From assembly GCF_009914755.1 (NCBI RefSeq), contig NC_060939.1: 64,000 nucleotides of DNA, one strand, 5' to 3'. The notes beneath the pieces are model-generated. The model had not been told where the DNA came from, did no database searches, and was given only the letters and a program-made list of their open reading frames with translations. The stretch is from the human T2T-CHM13v2.0 reference genome, Homo sapiens. How positions within the stretch are numbered: position 1 is the first letter of the stretch; every line of letters starts with the position of its first letter. Below, piece after piece: positions 13,131 through 25,150 of this stretch. Both the position numbers and the translations under genes were made by a program.

Positions 13131-14020
13131 GATAAGAAATTGTAAATTTCCTGAAAGTGTTATGAGATCAAAATGTAAAAAGGTAAAACAAATATTTCTT
13201 CTGTAAATGAATTTAAAAGGATCAAGAGAGAACTGTGAGGATTTGGAATATGGGGTACTTCTCAGGAATGGTTCTGCTCAGTTGGGTAGAAAATAATGTG
13301 TAAGTAAATCCCACCAGAGCAGGTACAGGGCAGTGTGCACATGTGATTAATGTTAGTGGTAACTGGAGTCTCCATGTAGGCTTTCTGGACGAACTTTTTG
13401 TTCCTAGGGCAACCAAGGCTGTGGGATCTGGGGGAGGCAGCCGGCAGGAACTGCAGTGGCCAGGTGGGCCTGAAAGTTATGGTTCTAGAAAGTGGTCACT
13501 TCCAGGCTTCTTGTGGGTGCAAAGAAAAGAAGAAGCATTGCCAAGGGAACATTGCAGGGATTCCCTAGGGATGAAACCATTAGCAGGATTTATGCCTAGA
13601 CTTCTGCATGAGCTCAGACCCCTTAAATTACAACATGTATCTAAGGAAAATGGTTTCATAGTGAATGTGGCTATCAAGGGAAGAGCTGATTGTTATTAAC
13701 AGTTACAGCCTGTTTCCTTCAGAGGCTGTAATGCACTCTATTTTTATTTGAGGCAGGACCCCATCATGGCCTTTCAGATAACAGGAGAATGTGATGTGAA
13801 TGTGGCAAGGTCAGGACCAGGTTGTATTACATACAACAGGGGGATGGAGGCATACATTGAACGAATGGCCACCTGAAACCAAGACAGGCCTGATTTTGCA
13901 CAAATTATTTTTTCAGTGAAGAACTTGTATTAAATATATAACTAGCCTAGTTTAATGTGCATTGCTTTGGAAGAAATTTTATACAGATACATGGACATGT
14001 AAAAAAATTACGTGTTCCAG

Positions 14021-14278
14021 AAAACCAAACACTGCATGTTCTCACTCATAAGTGGGAGTTGAACAATGAGAACACATGGACACAGGGAGGGGAATATCAC
14101 ACACTGGCACCTGTCGAGGGTTGGGAGGCAAGGGGAGGGAGAGCATTAGGACAAATACCTAGTGAATGCAGGGCTTAAAACCTAGATGACGGGTTGATGG
14201 GTGCAGCAAACCACCATGGCACATGTATACACATGTATCCCAGAAATTAAAGTATAATTTTTAAAAAAGAGTTAAAAT
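14021..14278 (+). mobile_element. 5'-truncated L1PA (L1PA7/8-like) 3'UTR insertion with TSD
   Basis: High identity to the primate L1 3'UTR (catgttctcactcataagtgggagttgaacaatgagaacacatggacacaggg...); TSD aaaaaattaYgtgttccag at 14002-14020 and 14279-14297. Confidence 0.95.
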
Positions 14279-14489
14279 AAAAAATTATGTGTTCCAGTTT
14301 GAGGTTTTGAAAACAATGATTACTTTATTCTGTCTTTCAACAATAGGCTTGTTAATAGTTTTGATTTAGAAACCACATATGTGATTCACATATTCAAAAA
14401 AAAACATCAAAAAGAAAAAAAATCCTGAAAACTAAAAACAAACATACCTTACTGCAAATCAAAACAAAAACACAAACAAAACAACAAAA

Positions 14490-14860
14490 CCACAGCATCT
14501 GTCGCGTGCCGGGAGGCGCTGTGCAGAAGCTCAAGGACCCACAGCACAAGGCACATGCTTCCGTTTTCCACGCCGTGTGTGTCTGGGCCTGTGCTGGGGA
14601 GACATGAAGATGATGAAGCTATGGTAAGAAGATTGTGCTCATGGAAGGCACCTGGTGAAGAAGAGTGCAGGAGAATCCGTGCCTGACTTCACCCTCAAGA
14701 TTTGGGGGATGCCTCGGAGAAGAGGTGATGCTTGAGTCAAGATGTGGCGCTGGAGTAGAAAGTTGTCAGGCAGAGAGGGCACATGGAAAAGGAAATTCCA
14801 GGCGGAAAAAGTAGCAGGTGGAAAGGTTATGGAGGCATGAGAAAGTATGTAACACTTTCA
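14490..14860 (-). mobile_element. L2 LINE relic (antisense)
   Basis: gaggtgatgcttgag...tcaggcagagagg...attccaggcggaaaaagtagcaggtggaaaggttatggaggcatgaga matches the L2 reverse strand. Confidence 0.6.
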
Positions 14861-15654
14861 GTGTGTACCCACTGGTCAGTTCATCAGAAATGCATAAACC
14901 CATGGGAGTACATACATTATGTTACAAGAACTGACTTAAGTTCCTGATTTAAGAATGCACAGACTCCAGCAGCCTGTAACTTTAAAATAGTTAAGGCGTG
15001 CACAGGGAATAATCACCAGCAATAGCAGGTCCAGATGGGCTGTTCTGTGGTCCTTCGTATACCTCTTTCCCTCTGTGGCCACCCCCTTCTGTTCAATGAC
15101 CTCCCCTACTTGTTGAGCATTTAATTTGACCAGGGAATTATCACCCCATTTTATATATAAGGAATCAAAGTTCAATTACACAGAATTAAGGGATGACATA
15201 GAATAAAATGGTGCATTCAGTCAAACCTACGGTTGATTTCAAAGCCAAGTTCTCAACCTTTTCCTTCAGCTTCCTCCCTCCTAATTGCCTGGAACTTTAC
15301 TCATATTTCTTAGCCATATTCATTTTCTTTGTCTCACTTTTTAAAGAGACATTCCCAGGCCTGGTTTCCATGATGGTGAAGACCAGCATAGGGGACAAAA
15401 TCAAAATGACTGTCCCTAAACCAGCGAACCATGGGTGCAAAATTTTTGCAAGAAAAACAAGTAACCTAAGATGGTCCCCCAAACTGGCTTTCATTTACTA
15501 TTTGGGAAACTCTTTCTATGATATTCCTATAATAGCAACTCCAATGCATGAAGAAATCTGGTAAATTATGTGCAACTCACTATTTCTCAAACTCTATTGA
15601 TGTCCACTTTTCCAACATACTTGTTAATATCCTGGGAAAAGAGAGCCTGAGGAA

Positions 15655-15836
15655 CACACTTTTTCTCATAGTTCTGAAGGCTGAAGTCCAAGACCTAGGT
15701 GTCAATAGAATTGGTTTCTCCTGAGGCTTCTCTCCTTGGCTTGCAGACAACCACCCTGATGTCTCTTGCTGTGTGTCCCTGGTGTCTCTTCCTCTCACAA
15801 GAACACCAGTCATATTGGTTTACAGCCAACCTTTAC
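15655..15836 (-). mobile_element. MLT1A/B-type MaLR LTR, part left of the LTR12 insertion
   Basis: ctcatagttctgaaggctgaagtccaag...ggcttctctccttggcttgcaga...aagaacaccagtcatattgg. Confidence 0.85.
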
Positions 15837-16437
15837 TGAGAGGTGAAGCCAGCTGGACTTCTGGGTCAGGTGGGGACTTGAAGAACTTTTCTGTCTTGCA
15901 AGAGGATTGTAAAACGCACCAATCAGCACTCTGTAGCTACGATTGTAAAACGCAAATCAGCACCCTGTGGCTAGCTAGAGGTTTGTAAAATGCACCAATC
16001 AGCACTCTGTAAAAACGCACCAATCAGCTCTCTGTGGCTAGCTAGAGGTTTGTAAAATGGACCAATCAGCACATTGTAAAATGGACTAATCGGTGCTCTG
16101 TAAAATGGACCAATCAGTGCTCTGGAACCAGTGTTCTGGAAAATGGACCAATGAGCACTCTGTAAAATGGAACAATCAGCAGGACATGGGCGGGGACAAA
16201 TAAGGTAATAAAAGCTAGCCCAGCTAGCCACCCTAGCCAGCAGCAGCAATCTGCTTGGGTCCCCTTCCACGTTGTGGAAGCTTTGTTCTTTCACTCTCCA
16301 CAATAAATCTTGCTGCTGCTCACTCTTTGGGTCCGCAGCACCTTTAAGAGCTGTAACACTCACCGCGAAGGTCAGCGGCTTCATTCATGAAGTCAGCGAG
16401 ACCATGACCCCACCAGAAGGAACAAACTCTGGACACA
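15837..16437 (+). mobile_element. Solo LTR12 (ERV9 LTR, short LTR12F-like form)
   Basis: TG...CA termini (tgagaggtgaagccagctgg...ctctggacaca), tandem CCAATCAGC units, GC box, AATAAAA TATA-equivalent at 16207, polyA signal at 16302, 4-bp TSD TTAC/TTAT. Confidence 0.95.
15919..16213 (+). promoter_or_regulatory. LTR12 U3 promoter: NF-Y (CCAAT) array, GC box and AATAAAA box
   Basis: Six intact CCAAT at 15919, 15995, 16020, 16062, 16110 and 16148; GGGCGGGG at 16188-16195; AATAAAA at 16207-16213. Confidence 0.7.
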
Positions 16438-16536
16438 TTATGGCCTCATTTAATCTTAATTACTTCTTAAAGGCTCAAATGCAGTCAAACTGGGCTTTAA
16501 TGTGTGAATTTTGGGGAACACAGTTAAGTCCATACT
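16438..16536 (-). mobile_element. MLT1A/B-type MaLR LTR, part right of the LTR12 insertion
   Basis: ttatggcctcatttaatcttaattac...tgaattttggggaacacagttaagtccata continues the left part colinearly. Confidence 0.85.
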
Positions 16537-17429
16537 GGTTCCATTCCCATTCTATTCCTATAGTAAAATGTCCAGGTTAGAGTGACCAGTTGGCTTGCAG
16601 GAACATAACATTGTGCTTACTTTAGTTACAATGATCTTTTCAGTTCCTTGAACACCCATCACTGCCACGATCTAAATGAAAAAAAGAAAAGAAACGAAGG
16701 GAGGCATGAAAGTAGTGACTTCTCCATTGCATTTATGATTATTGCTGAGAATAGGACATTTCAGAACATGCCAAGTAGTCACCTGCACCTTTGGGGACAG
16801 GAGAGAGAAGCTGCCTTGGGGCATTCTACTTTCCAGCAGCGAGGAATGGAAATCTGATGATAAAGTCTAGACTGTATTGGTTCCATGTTTGCTTTCACTG
16901 CTAGGAAGCTCAAAAGTGCAGCTTTAAGTTCTGCTGTTTTCTTTAGCCAAGAATTTTTGATATATTTTCCTTTCCATTGTGTTATATGATATTTACAGTT
17001 TATACATTTTATGCTTTGGTGTACATGTTTTTAAAATGATTGTGTTTCTAAGTTGGCTTTTGGCGTTGAGTGCGATGGTGACATTGAATAGGGAAGTGGG
17101 TGAGCCAATCCTGGTACTAATAGAAAAAAAGTGGAAACTAGAGAATTAAGTTTATGGGCACTTGTGTCAACATTGTTTGAAGTAGAAGCTCCAGAACCCC
17201 TTATTCAAGAAGGAACAGCAGAAATGTTCACCTAAATGCAACACTGCACCAGGGGATCAGAACCATTTTCAACTCCTGGTGCTTTTGGTAGGTTCATCCA
17301 GAGACTCACTGTTGGATTTTAACTTGATTTCTGACATTGCGTTAGCATTGCTTCAATCAGAACTGATGGAATAAGGCCAAGTTACTAATCTTAGAACACA
17401 TGTCAAATATAAACCAAACAGCACTGGCA

Positions 17430-17540
17430 TTTGCTTTCATCTGTAAAATGGGGGTAAGAATCCCAACTTCACACAGTTTATGAGCCAAACTAGATAGCAT
17501 ATTCACAAACACCCGACATAAAGCCTGCTGTTCAAATGCT
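17430..17540 (+). mobile_element. MIR fragment followed by a CT-rich tract
   Basis: tcatctgtaaaatgggggtaagaat MIR core. Confidence 0.7.
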
Positions 17541-20167
17541 TTCCTTCTTTTTCTTTCTCTCTCTCCTTCCCTTCCTTCTTCTTCCCTTTTTTTCCTCTTC
17601 CTTCCACCCACATTGATTCTTCAGTCTCCATTAACTTCCCTAGTCTTTCTGCTGTTTCATTATATGATTCCAGCTATGTGAGACATAATTTAATATATAT
17701 AATTTTCTTAAAAACTGTATAAAATTTTATAAACTCTTAAAAAGATAGATGCACAGGAAAAACTCCATCATATAGACAAAATATTAGTCTAGGGTAAGGG
17801 CCACATATAAGGTTTCTCTTTGTTCTCCCCTCGCTCCAGTACCAAGCACAGTGCTGCGTGCAAAGCAGGCACTACTAAGCAATTTAAACTAAAAGAGGAA
17901 GTGAAGGATGATTTAAAGATTCTAAAAAGTTACAGCCAGTACTCACAATTGCAGAATTTGACTCCAGGAAGACAGGCGTTGATTTCTGTCATTTCTATTA
18001 TGACACATTTTATGTAGGAAAGTCCATTTGTGTCCATTATACATCCATATATATGCATATACATTCTACTTGATATTACTGAAGTAATCTGATAAACTGG
18101 TGATTCTAAAATAGCTACCATTTATTGAACACTTGTAAATGACAAGGAGTCTAAGTGCTTGGCATGAGTCATTTCCATAAGTATTAGATATGCTAGTGCA
18201 TTGTGCAACACACTGCTGAATCTATGTGCTGAACACAAGCCCCTCTTTCTATAGGATTTCTAAAGAAAAAAATTAGTTGTGTTTGTATGTAGAATTATTC
18301 TGTTAATGTTTACTTCTTTGTTACAAACATGTAGGTAATATCTAGATATAATATCTGCATTCATACTCTTTCTCCAGAATTCTGATGTTATTTTCATCAT
18401 TTTATATGTCTGGAGAATGAAACTATCAGATTTGAACTTGATCTTGGACATTCCCTTTGATAAATGCAGGGACCCCCCCTTTCAGCATGGAGGTATACGA
18501 AGTCTTCCAGATCAGTTTATCAGCTTCATTTGTAAGAAGCTTAGAGGTTGAGCATAGGAATAAAAAAAAATCTTCAACGCACTATAAAATTGTAATTGTT
18601 ATTTTCTTGGACTTTTATCATCTTTTGGCAGAAAGCTTAATGTTTGGCTTAAATACACTGTTAGCTGAGGAGGGATTTTGCATTCTGTTCAATAATAGCC
18701 AGGTGGATCACTTAAAATAAAATATAATTATATCCAGAAAAAAATAAGTTATCCTCTATGATATTTCTGGGAAACAATGACATATTGTGGATCTTTTATG
18801 GATAAACAGAAACATTTCCCCATGTCCAATACCCACTGTAGCATTTATATCATTAGAAAATTATAGTGGTGACTGCAAATTTTTGACTAATTGGGTTTCT
18901 TAGATAATAAGAGCTTTTTAATAAGGTACATATCATTTACAATATTGCAAATGAAATGTGAAAGCGATTCAGTACCCGGTAAGATAATGGCTAACTTGTT
19001 TTAATTGTTAACATTTTTTCTTGCCTACAATGACACAGTCATTATTTCACAGTCACCACTTATCATGAAATCCAAGAGGATTAATGGTTTCACTTATACT
19101 GGCGAAAATGTTTAAGCTGTCCCGATTATCAGTGCAGTTGGAAAGAATAATGGTTATTTGTCATCGTGTTTAGCAGGAGAATGAATTGTCCCTCCAATAG
19201 TGGCGCCATTAACCCTTTGGGGAGGTGGTAATAGAGTTTTACCACACAGCTAAAGGATGCCAAGATTTAGGATCGGATGTTTGTTTGTAGGTGGTTTATT
19301 CTCATCCGCAACTACCTTAAAGAATTGCATACTCTGCCGGCAAAGTGGAAACACACAGCTAAGCTTGTTACACAATTTTGGATATCTGAAATTAAAATTA
19401 GATCGCTACTGATCTGTTCTTATGATGAATGGACAAACTGCTGCATTAAAAATATAATCAAGAGAAATATAAAATCTGTAAAGGGAAAAAATATATTTGT
19501 AAATTCTTCGCTCTTTGCTTCCTCTCTTAAAGAAAAATAAAAAAACGTGGATTGCTGAAAACAGCCTCTCATGATTTCTCATGCACAACACTCAACTATT
19601 TTAACTCAAATACTACATTTTAATAGATCCTATATTACTTTAAAAATTCTTACCATACATACCTGGCTTAACCATACATAGGTAATAATTAAGAAAACTT
19701 TCTCAATTTTTGAATGACTAAAATTATGCTAATTGCAGATAAAGGCTGATGATAATTGATAAAGTCTGTACATAAGAATCAAGACTTTGATTCAGTAAAA
19801 ATGTAAGTGTAGGAATATAAATATACATCTGCTGCATGATGCTTAACATTCTGGCTTAGGTGAGTGATTTCAGTTACAGATTGCAATGGTAAAACCAAAT
19901 TACTGTATCAAAACAAATGCAGAGCTATGTTAAGAAAATAAATATTTGCCTTCAGTAAAATTAACAGAATCTCCCCCTTTCTGGACGGTGGCTGGGATTG
20001 GAATGTAATGAAATACCTCTCTCATCAGTTCCCCTCTCAGCGTAACCAGAGCAGGAAATGGCCTTGCCTGCCTCCGACTCCCCTTGTTCCCTCTCCTGTG
20101 GCTGAGACAGTAGGGCAACTCTAATTCACAGAAAGGGAGAGGCGGCCATAAAGCGCATGTACTTCTC

Positions 20168-20216
20168 GGGAGGGCACTGAGGGCCGACCTGGGGGAGGGG
20201 ATGGGAGGGGAGAGGG
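20168..20216 (+). other. G-quadruplex-forming motif
   Basis: GGGGG-A-GGGG-AT-GGG-A-GGGG-AGA-GGG at 20191-20216, plus three upstream GGG runs. Confidence 0.7.
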
Positions 20217-20773
20217 CAACAGCAACAAAAATAAAGCGTGTTTTAGGAGATACAGCTGGGCTGCCTTATCTTGTTACAGAGAAAACAGTGTTCTGTCTCC
20301 TCTGGAGAAGCAGCCGCAGCTCAGCCCGGTCAGGCAGCATGAGGGCCCCTCCGCTCAGCACCTGGGCAGTTGAGAAATCTGTCTCCTAAAGACATGCACT
20401 TCTGAAGCATTACACTGCGTTCAGACGCCTCCAATTTTGAAAGGAGGCGGCAACAAGAAGACCATCATCCCTTTCAGCAGAGTCCATACACACAGTTTCC
20501 TTGACAAAAGCTAGCTCTACCCCCAACACATTCACAGACCAAGTTTCAAAATGGAGTGGGATGCCTCTGGAAGTAAGTAAAGTGCAGGCAGTTGAGGTGT
20601 GAATAGGAATTACATTATTCAACACTATAGGGAAAACATTTGACTCCTGGGGGCCTTCCATCTTTGGAATCAAGATGGTCAGTATATGGAAGCTTCTAGC
20701 ACCACCGCGATCATTATGTGTATTCTGTTGATAAACTGGTGTTCCTTTGAGATGGTAAACAAGACAGCTTCTC

Positions 20774-20844
20774 CTAGAGCCCCATGAGGTATGCCGAAAC
20801 TACACACACCACTCGATTTAGATGTACGAGGTCAGGGGAAACAG
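20774..20844 (-). other. 5' part of a candidate alternative/terminal exon of an unidentified minus-strand gene
   Basis: Acceptor ...ttttcatctactggcag|CTGTTTCCC (AG at 20846-20845) after a ~90-nt pyrimidine tract; no other AG for ~140 nt upstream; all three phases stop within 71 nt (LFPLTSYI*, xVSPDLVHLNRVVCVVSAYLMGL*, xCFP*). Confidence 0.45.
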
Positions 20845-22826
20845 CTGCCAGTAGATGAAAAGACATAGGTGAAAAAAAGAGAATAGAAAACAAGGAAAGA
20901 CAGACAGAAGAGAAAAAAGCAAGCCAGAGAGAAATAACAAGCCGCAACGTGTTTGCGTCGTCCAAGTACAGTGATACGGAGACACAGACTGCAGATGTGG
21001 CTGACAAAATTATAGTGAGAATTTAGCGAGCAGATCCAATTCAGAGTTTCTGACTGACACAATGAGATTATGGTCCCTTCTGCAGATTGGAGTCTTTGTT
21101 TCTGTAAGGCTGCTTTTTGAGTTTCCCTGACTTCATTTGGTGAAGGGCAATTCTAGTGGAAAATGAGGCAGAGTGCTAAGGATGATGATTTTTCAGAAAG
21201 ACAGCACCAGAAAATACCCTCTGAGAATTTAATTCCTTCATAATGGAGTTCAGCACCTTCTAAGTTATAAAACAAAATGGTACCGTTGCCTTTTTCAGCC
21301 AGCCAGATGCTTGATTTCCAAATAGCACAGGCTAAAATAAAATTTAACTTTTATTCTTGTCTCTAAAATAAATGTAAATGCATTATCTGGGTATGGGTAA
21401 GCAGAAAAATAAAGATCCCAGTCTGTGCCTTAAAACCCTACTGACAGATGGTGAGGTTAAAGAGTGAAGGCCCCAGACAGAGGCCCCAGTACCCAAGAAG
21501 GTGAGCAGCCATCTGAAAAGAAAAATGATGTATATGTTTGAAAGATTTTCCTTTATAATTATTTACTTCAATTTTTGTCTTCTTTGCTTGGATGTTTATA
21601 GAATTAATAATCTATAGATTGTTAAAATATAGAATTAAGGAGTGTGCATATCTTAGTAAGTGCTGAGTGTGAATGTAATCAGGACACTTTTTGCCTCTTA
21701 ACTCTTCCATTTTGTGAACCTGATAAACTCAGACATTTTTAAAGAGGCACATAAAATCGCCTTCAAAATTCTGGACTGCAAAAGATAGGAAAAAAAGAAT
21801 TTAAAAAGTGATGTTTACTTAAATATAAAAAGACAGCTATTCTCCATCAAGAAAACACAGGAATGGGATGCAGTTTTTATTATAGCAGTGCGGGAACCGT
21901 AGTTTTTACAAAATGGTAAAAGTGAGATTTTGAGGCATACTGATCTAGTAGTAGCAGAGTAGCAGCTTGAGTCTACTGAATGGCTGCCTAATCCAAGTTT
22001 TTATTTTTCTCAGTTATAACCACCTCTGCCATGCCAGCTGGAAGCCAATAGTCTGATTCCTCCCAGTCCTCCAGTATTTATTATCCCGGAATCTGTACTC
22101 CCTCTTTTTCCTCCAAAGGGCACATTTTTAACTGACATATTCCTGGAAATATACTAGGTCAATTTAGCTGAGAATGTGCCAAATATACAGGAAATTCTAG
22201 TTCTATCATAGGACAATTTCTTAAATGATGGTATGGTTCAATTTTCATTGTCACTTATACTTAAATTATGAGTTACCTGTACAAAAAAAAAGTCTCTGTT
22301 ATCTAGTAATCTAAATTCACAATTTTCTATCTTTTCTCACTCCCTTAACAACTAAACAGGATCATCATCTGCAATTAAGTATCCTTAATGTACCTGCGTT
22401 CTGAAGCAGGGTCATCATTTCACTAGAAATAGCACATGCTCTGGTTTGCAAAGCAGCCCTAATGGAAGATCAGGTGAATAAAATTCCCTGAAATAATCGG
22501 CTCACCTGGTGATAGAAGTGACTGGATTGGGGCACTAGGATGCTGTCCAGTGTCTTGGGTAAGATCTTATCTCAGATAATACCTTGGTGCCTTCCAAGGG
22601 CAACTGGAAGTCCTTGTCTCATATAGCTAGCTGACAATAGGCAAAACTGTTCTGAAAAACTGCTTCTACTGCTTTGGAGAAATCACCAGGATGATGCAAC
22701 AAGAAAAAAAAAAAATCCAAGAAAGCATGAATGCTTGGTAGAGAATAAGGTAAAAACATTGAGATGGAAATCTTCCTTGCTGACATTTCTACCCATTTGT
22801 TCAACAACTGATATCCATAATAATTT

Positions 22827-23040
22827 TAACTGACATTTATTGAGTACTTACTGTGTGTATATGAGTTCAATTCTTCTAGTCTACACAATAATACTATAGG
22901 GCAAGAACTCTCATGACCCCCATTTTACAAATATGGTAGCCCAAGCACAGAGAGGTTAATCACACACAGTGAATAATTGGTCGAACCATACATGATTTCA
23001 GGCAATCTGAACCCAGTGCCTACATGCCTAAACATTATTC
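22827..23040 (-). mobile_element. MIR SINE
   Basis: catttattgagtacttactgtgtg...cccattttacaaat...aagcacagagaggttaa. Confidence 0.8.
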
Positions 23041-23249
23041 AGTACAGCATCCTCAGTATATTGGACAGAGCAATGCTACACTGTGCTGTTACTCTCAGGA
23101 ACTGGGGGGACATCAGTAAGTTACCAGGAAGCAATGCCTGGATTATATGTTTTATTTATTTGCTTTTTAAAAGAAACAAATTACTTGACTAGCTTTTAGA
23201 TAAAGAAGTTTTTGTGTGTGTGAGGATAGGATTCATTAAAAGATAATAG

Positions 23250-23420
23250 AGGCTCGGGAATGAAAAAGCCAAATTCTTTCTCTTGAACGTACTCATCAGA
23301 TGACCTTGGGGAGGCACCTTGCCTCTCTAAACCAAGTTTCTCCATTTGTAAAATACAGATGAAATGCTCAGCTTTCAGGGTTGTGACCCGATGCTCAGCT
23401 CCAAGCAAGTGCTCTATATA
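23250..23420 (+). mobile_element. MIR SINE fragment
   Basis: tgaccttgggg...ctctctaaaccaagtttctccatttgtaaaat...cagggttgtga. Confidence 0.7.
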
Positions 23421-24929
23421 TGTATGAAAACCACCATGTTACCAATGTTACTGCTATCAAATACCCTGGCTTCCACAAACTCTTAAACAATTTTCTCAGC
23501 TTTCTTGAGACCTCTTGTTATTCTTCCTGTCTTTGTTTTGTAAGCTAAAATTTATATTTTATAAATATATAAAATATATATATATTTGAAATTATTAATG
23601 TTCATAATGGTCACAAATGTCTTTAAAACCTATTCTTGAATGCTTTCCAGTTTATTTTAATTTCTAAGGTAATTATTAAGGAGCATGAAGTCTTAAGGAT
23701 TACACCGAGTATATATCAGACATTGCTTCACTATTTAAAAATTTTAACAAGGAATACACTAGAAATTTTTTACCCACCATGGAGCCTCAAAGAACTGTGT
23801 GAAGTCTGGGAGACAGAAAAACTAAAGCAAACCCAAATTCACTTGGTTGGATGCTGCAGAAGATTAAAATTCAGATCAGATTTTAGATATTTTGTCCATC
23901 ACTTTATTTCAAAAATTGGAAAAGGTAATTATCAAAATACACCAACCGGTGTCAAACTACATCACTACACACCTTTGGAAGTTCAATGATGAAAAGTCCC
24001 TGTATTACAACAATGCACTTCACTACCCGACTCTTGACTGGTGCAGAAGCCGTAGATCTTTAACTATGTTTCTTCATTAGTTGTACTGAAATGATTACCA
24101 ACTTATAGTTATTGTGTGGGTCCAGGAGAAACCTGAAGCTATTGCCATAACTTTCTAAAATTTTCTTCATGGAAAACATTAACTCTGGAAGATCAGCAAA
24201 AAGAAAAGGAATTCCACCTGATTTGAGACCCTAAAACCCTGATACAGCTCTTATATTTCAGGTGATGAGACAGCCTTTGCAAGTCTGGTCCAAAGCGCTT
24301 CCATTGTCCCAAAATATGGGTCCATGGAAGATGGTGAAAATGCACTAGAGAAAGCACATTAGCAAGACCTCAAATAGAAATGGGAAACAAATAAGTTCAC
24401 ACTACTTGTTTCCTTATGAGACAGAGTGAAAACAATAGCTTTGGATTTCTTCTGTTTAGTATTGTTAAGATAATGGTGTTGTTCTTGCTTTAGTTCAAAC
24501 TAATAGATAAATTATTCCCCCAAGATTAACCCATAAAACACATACAGAATTGGCATCCTCTGGCTTGTTCATTTGCCCTCATGATCTAGTTACTTATTTT
24601 TTATTTTAAAACTGCAAAATAAGTGATTTTTTTACAGTTAGTAGTAGCAATTCTAAATTGGTCATTGAAATTTAGTTCACAAATGGAATCTTTCCCACTG
24701 AAGCTAGGTTATCTAATTCTTTCTAAGATATGTGAAGAGTTAGGATATACATTACCATGTTTTAACTAGCTGTTTTCTGTCACTATGCTTTAGGCTAGAG
24801 GTGCTATAAACTTAATAAAATTATGAATGTAACAAATATTTCCTTAATACCAATGTTGCAAGTTTTATGAGGACTCTGGCCTTCAAAAACCAATGAAGTT
24901 TAAAAAAAATGATGGGTTTGTTGGAGAAG

Positions 24930-25150
24930 CTCTGTAACATAATAGTAAAAAAATATGATTTGATTTAGACAGATCTGGGTTCAAATACCAATGCCACGTG
25001 CTCTAGGGCAAATAAATAAGCATCCGGAGTCTCCAGTTTCTTATGCATTATGGTAGCTGTTACTGCTTCCTTGAGTTTTGCTATTGGCATTGGATGAGAC
25101 TATTTACGTACTATGTCTGGTTCATCATTAGAAACACAATAGATGGTAAC
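24930..25150 (+). mobile_element. MIR SINE
   Basis: ttagacagatctgggttcaaatacca...cagtttctt. Confidence 0.65.

Noticed and set aside
14590-14630. ATG-containing segment ending in a strong donor ATG|GTAAGA
   Set aside because: Lies within an antisense L2 relic, with no convincing acceptor or promoter
15900-16180. Periodic CCAATCAGC-containing units resembling a CRISPR or novel repeat array
   Set aside because: These are the normal tandem NF-Y units of the LTR12 U3 region; there are no unique spacers and no cas genes, and the DNA is primate
15971-16384. Longest ORF in the track (137 aa, minus strand)
   Set aside because: It is the antisense reading of LTR12 tandem repeats, with no domain similarity I recognise
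19191-19210. CTCF-like look of CCTCCAATAGTGGCGCC
   Set aside because: Only the GGCGC end matches; the CCASYAG half does not align in register
20253-20271. TAL1-GATA1 composite element
   Set aside because: The E-box lies on the wrong side of the GATA site for the canonical CTG-N7/8-WGATAR arrangement
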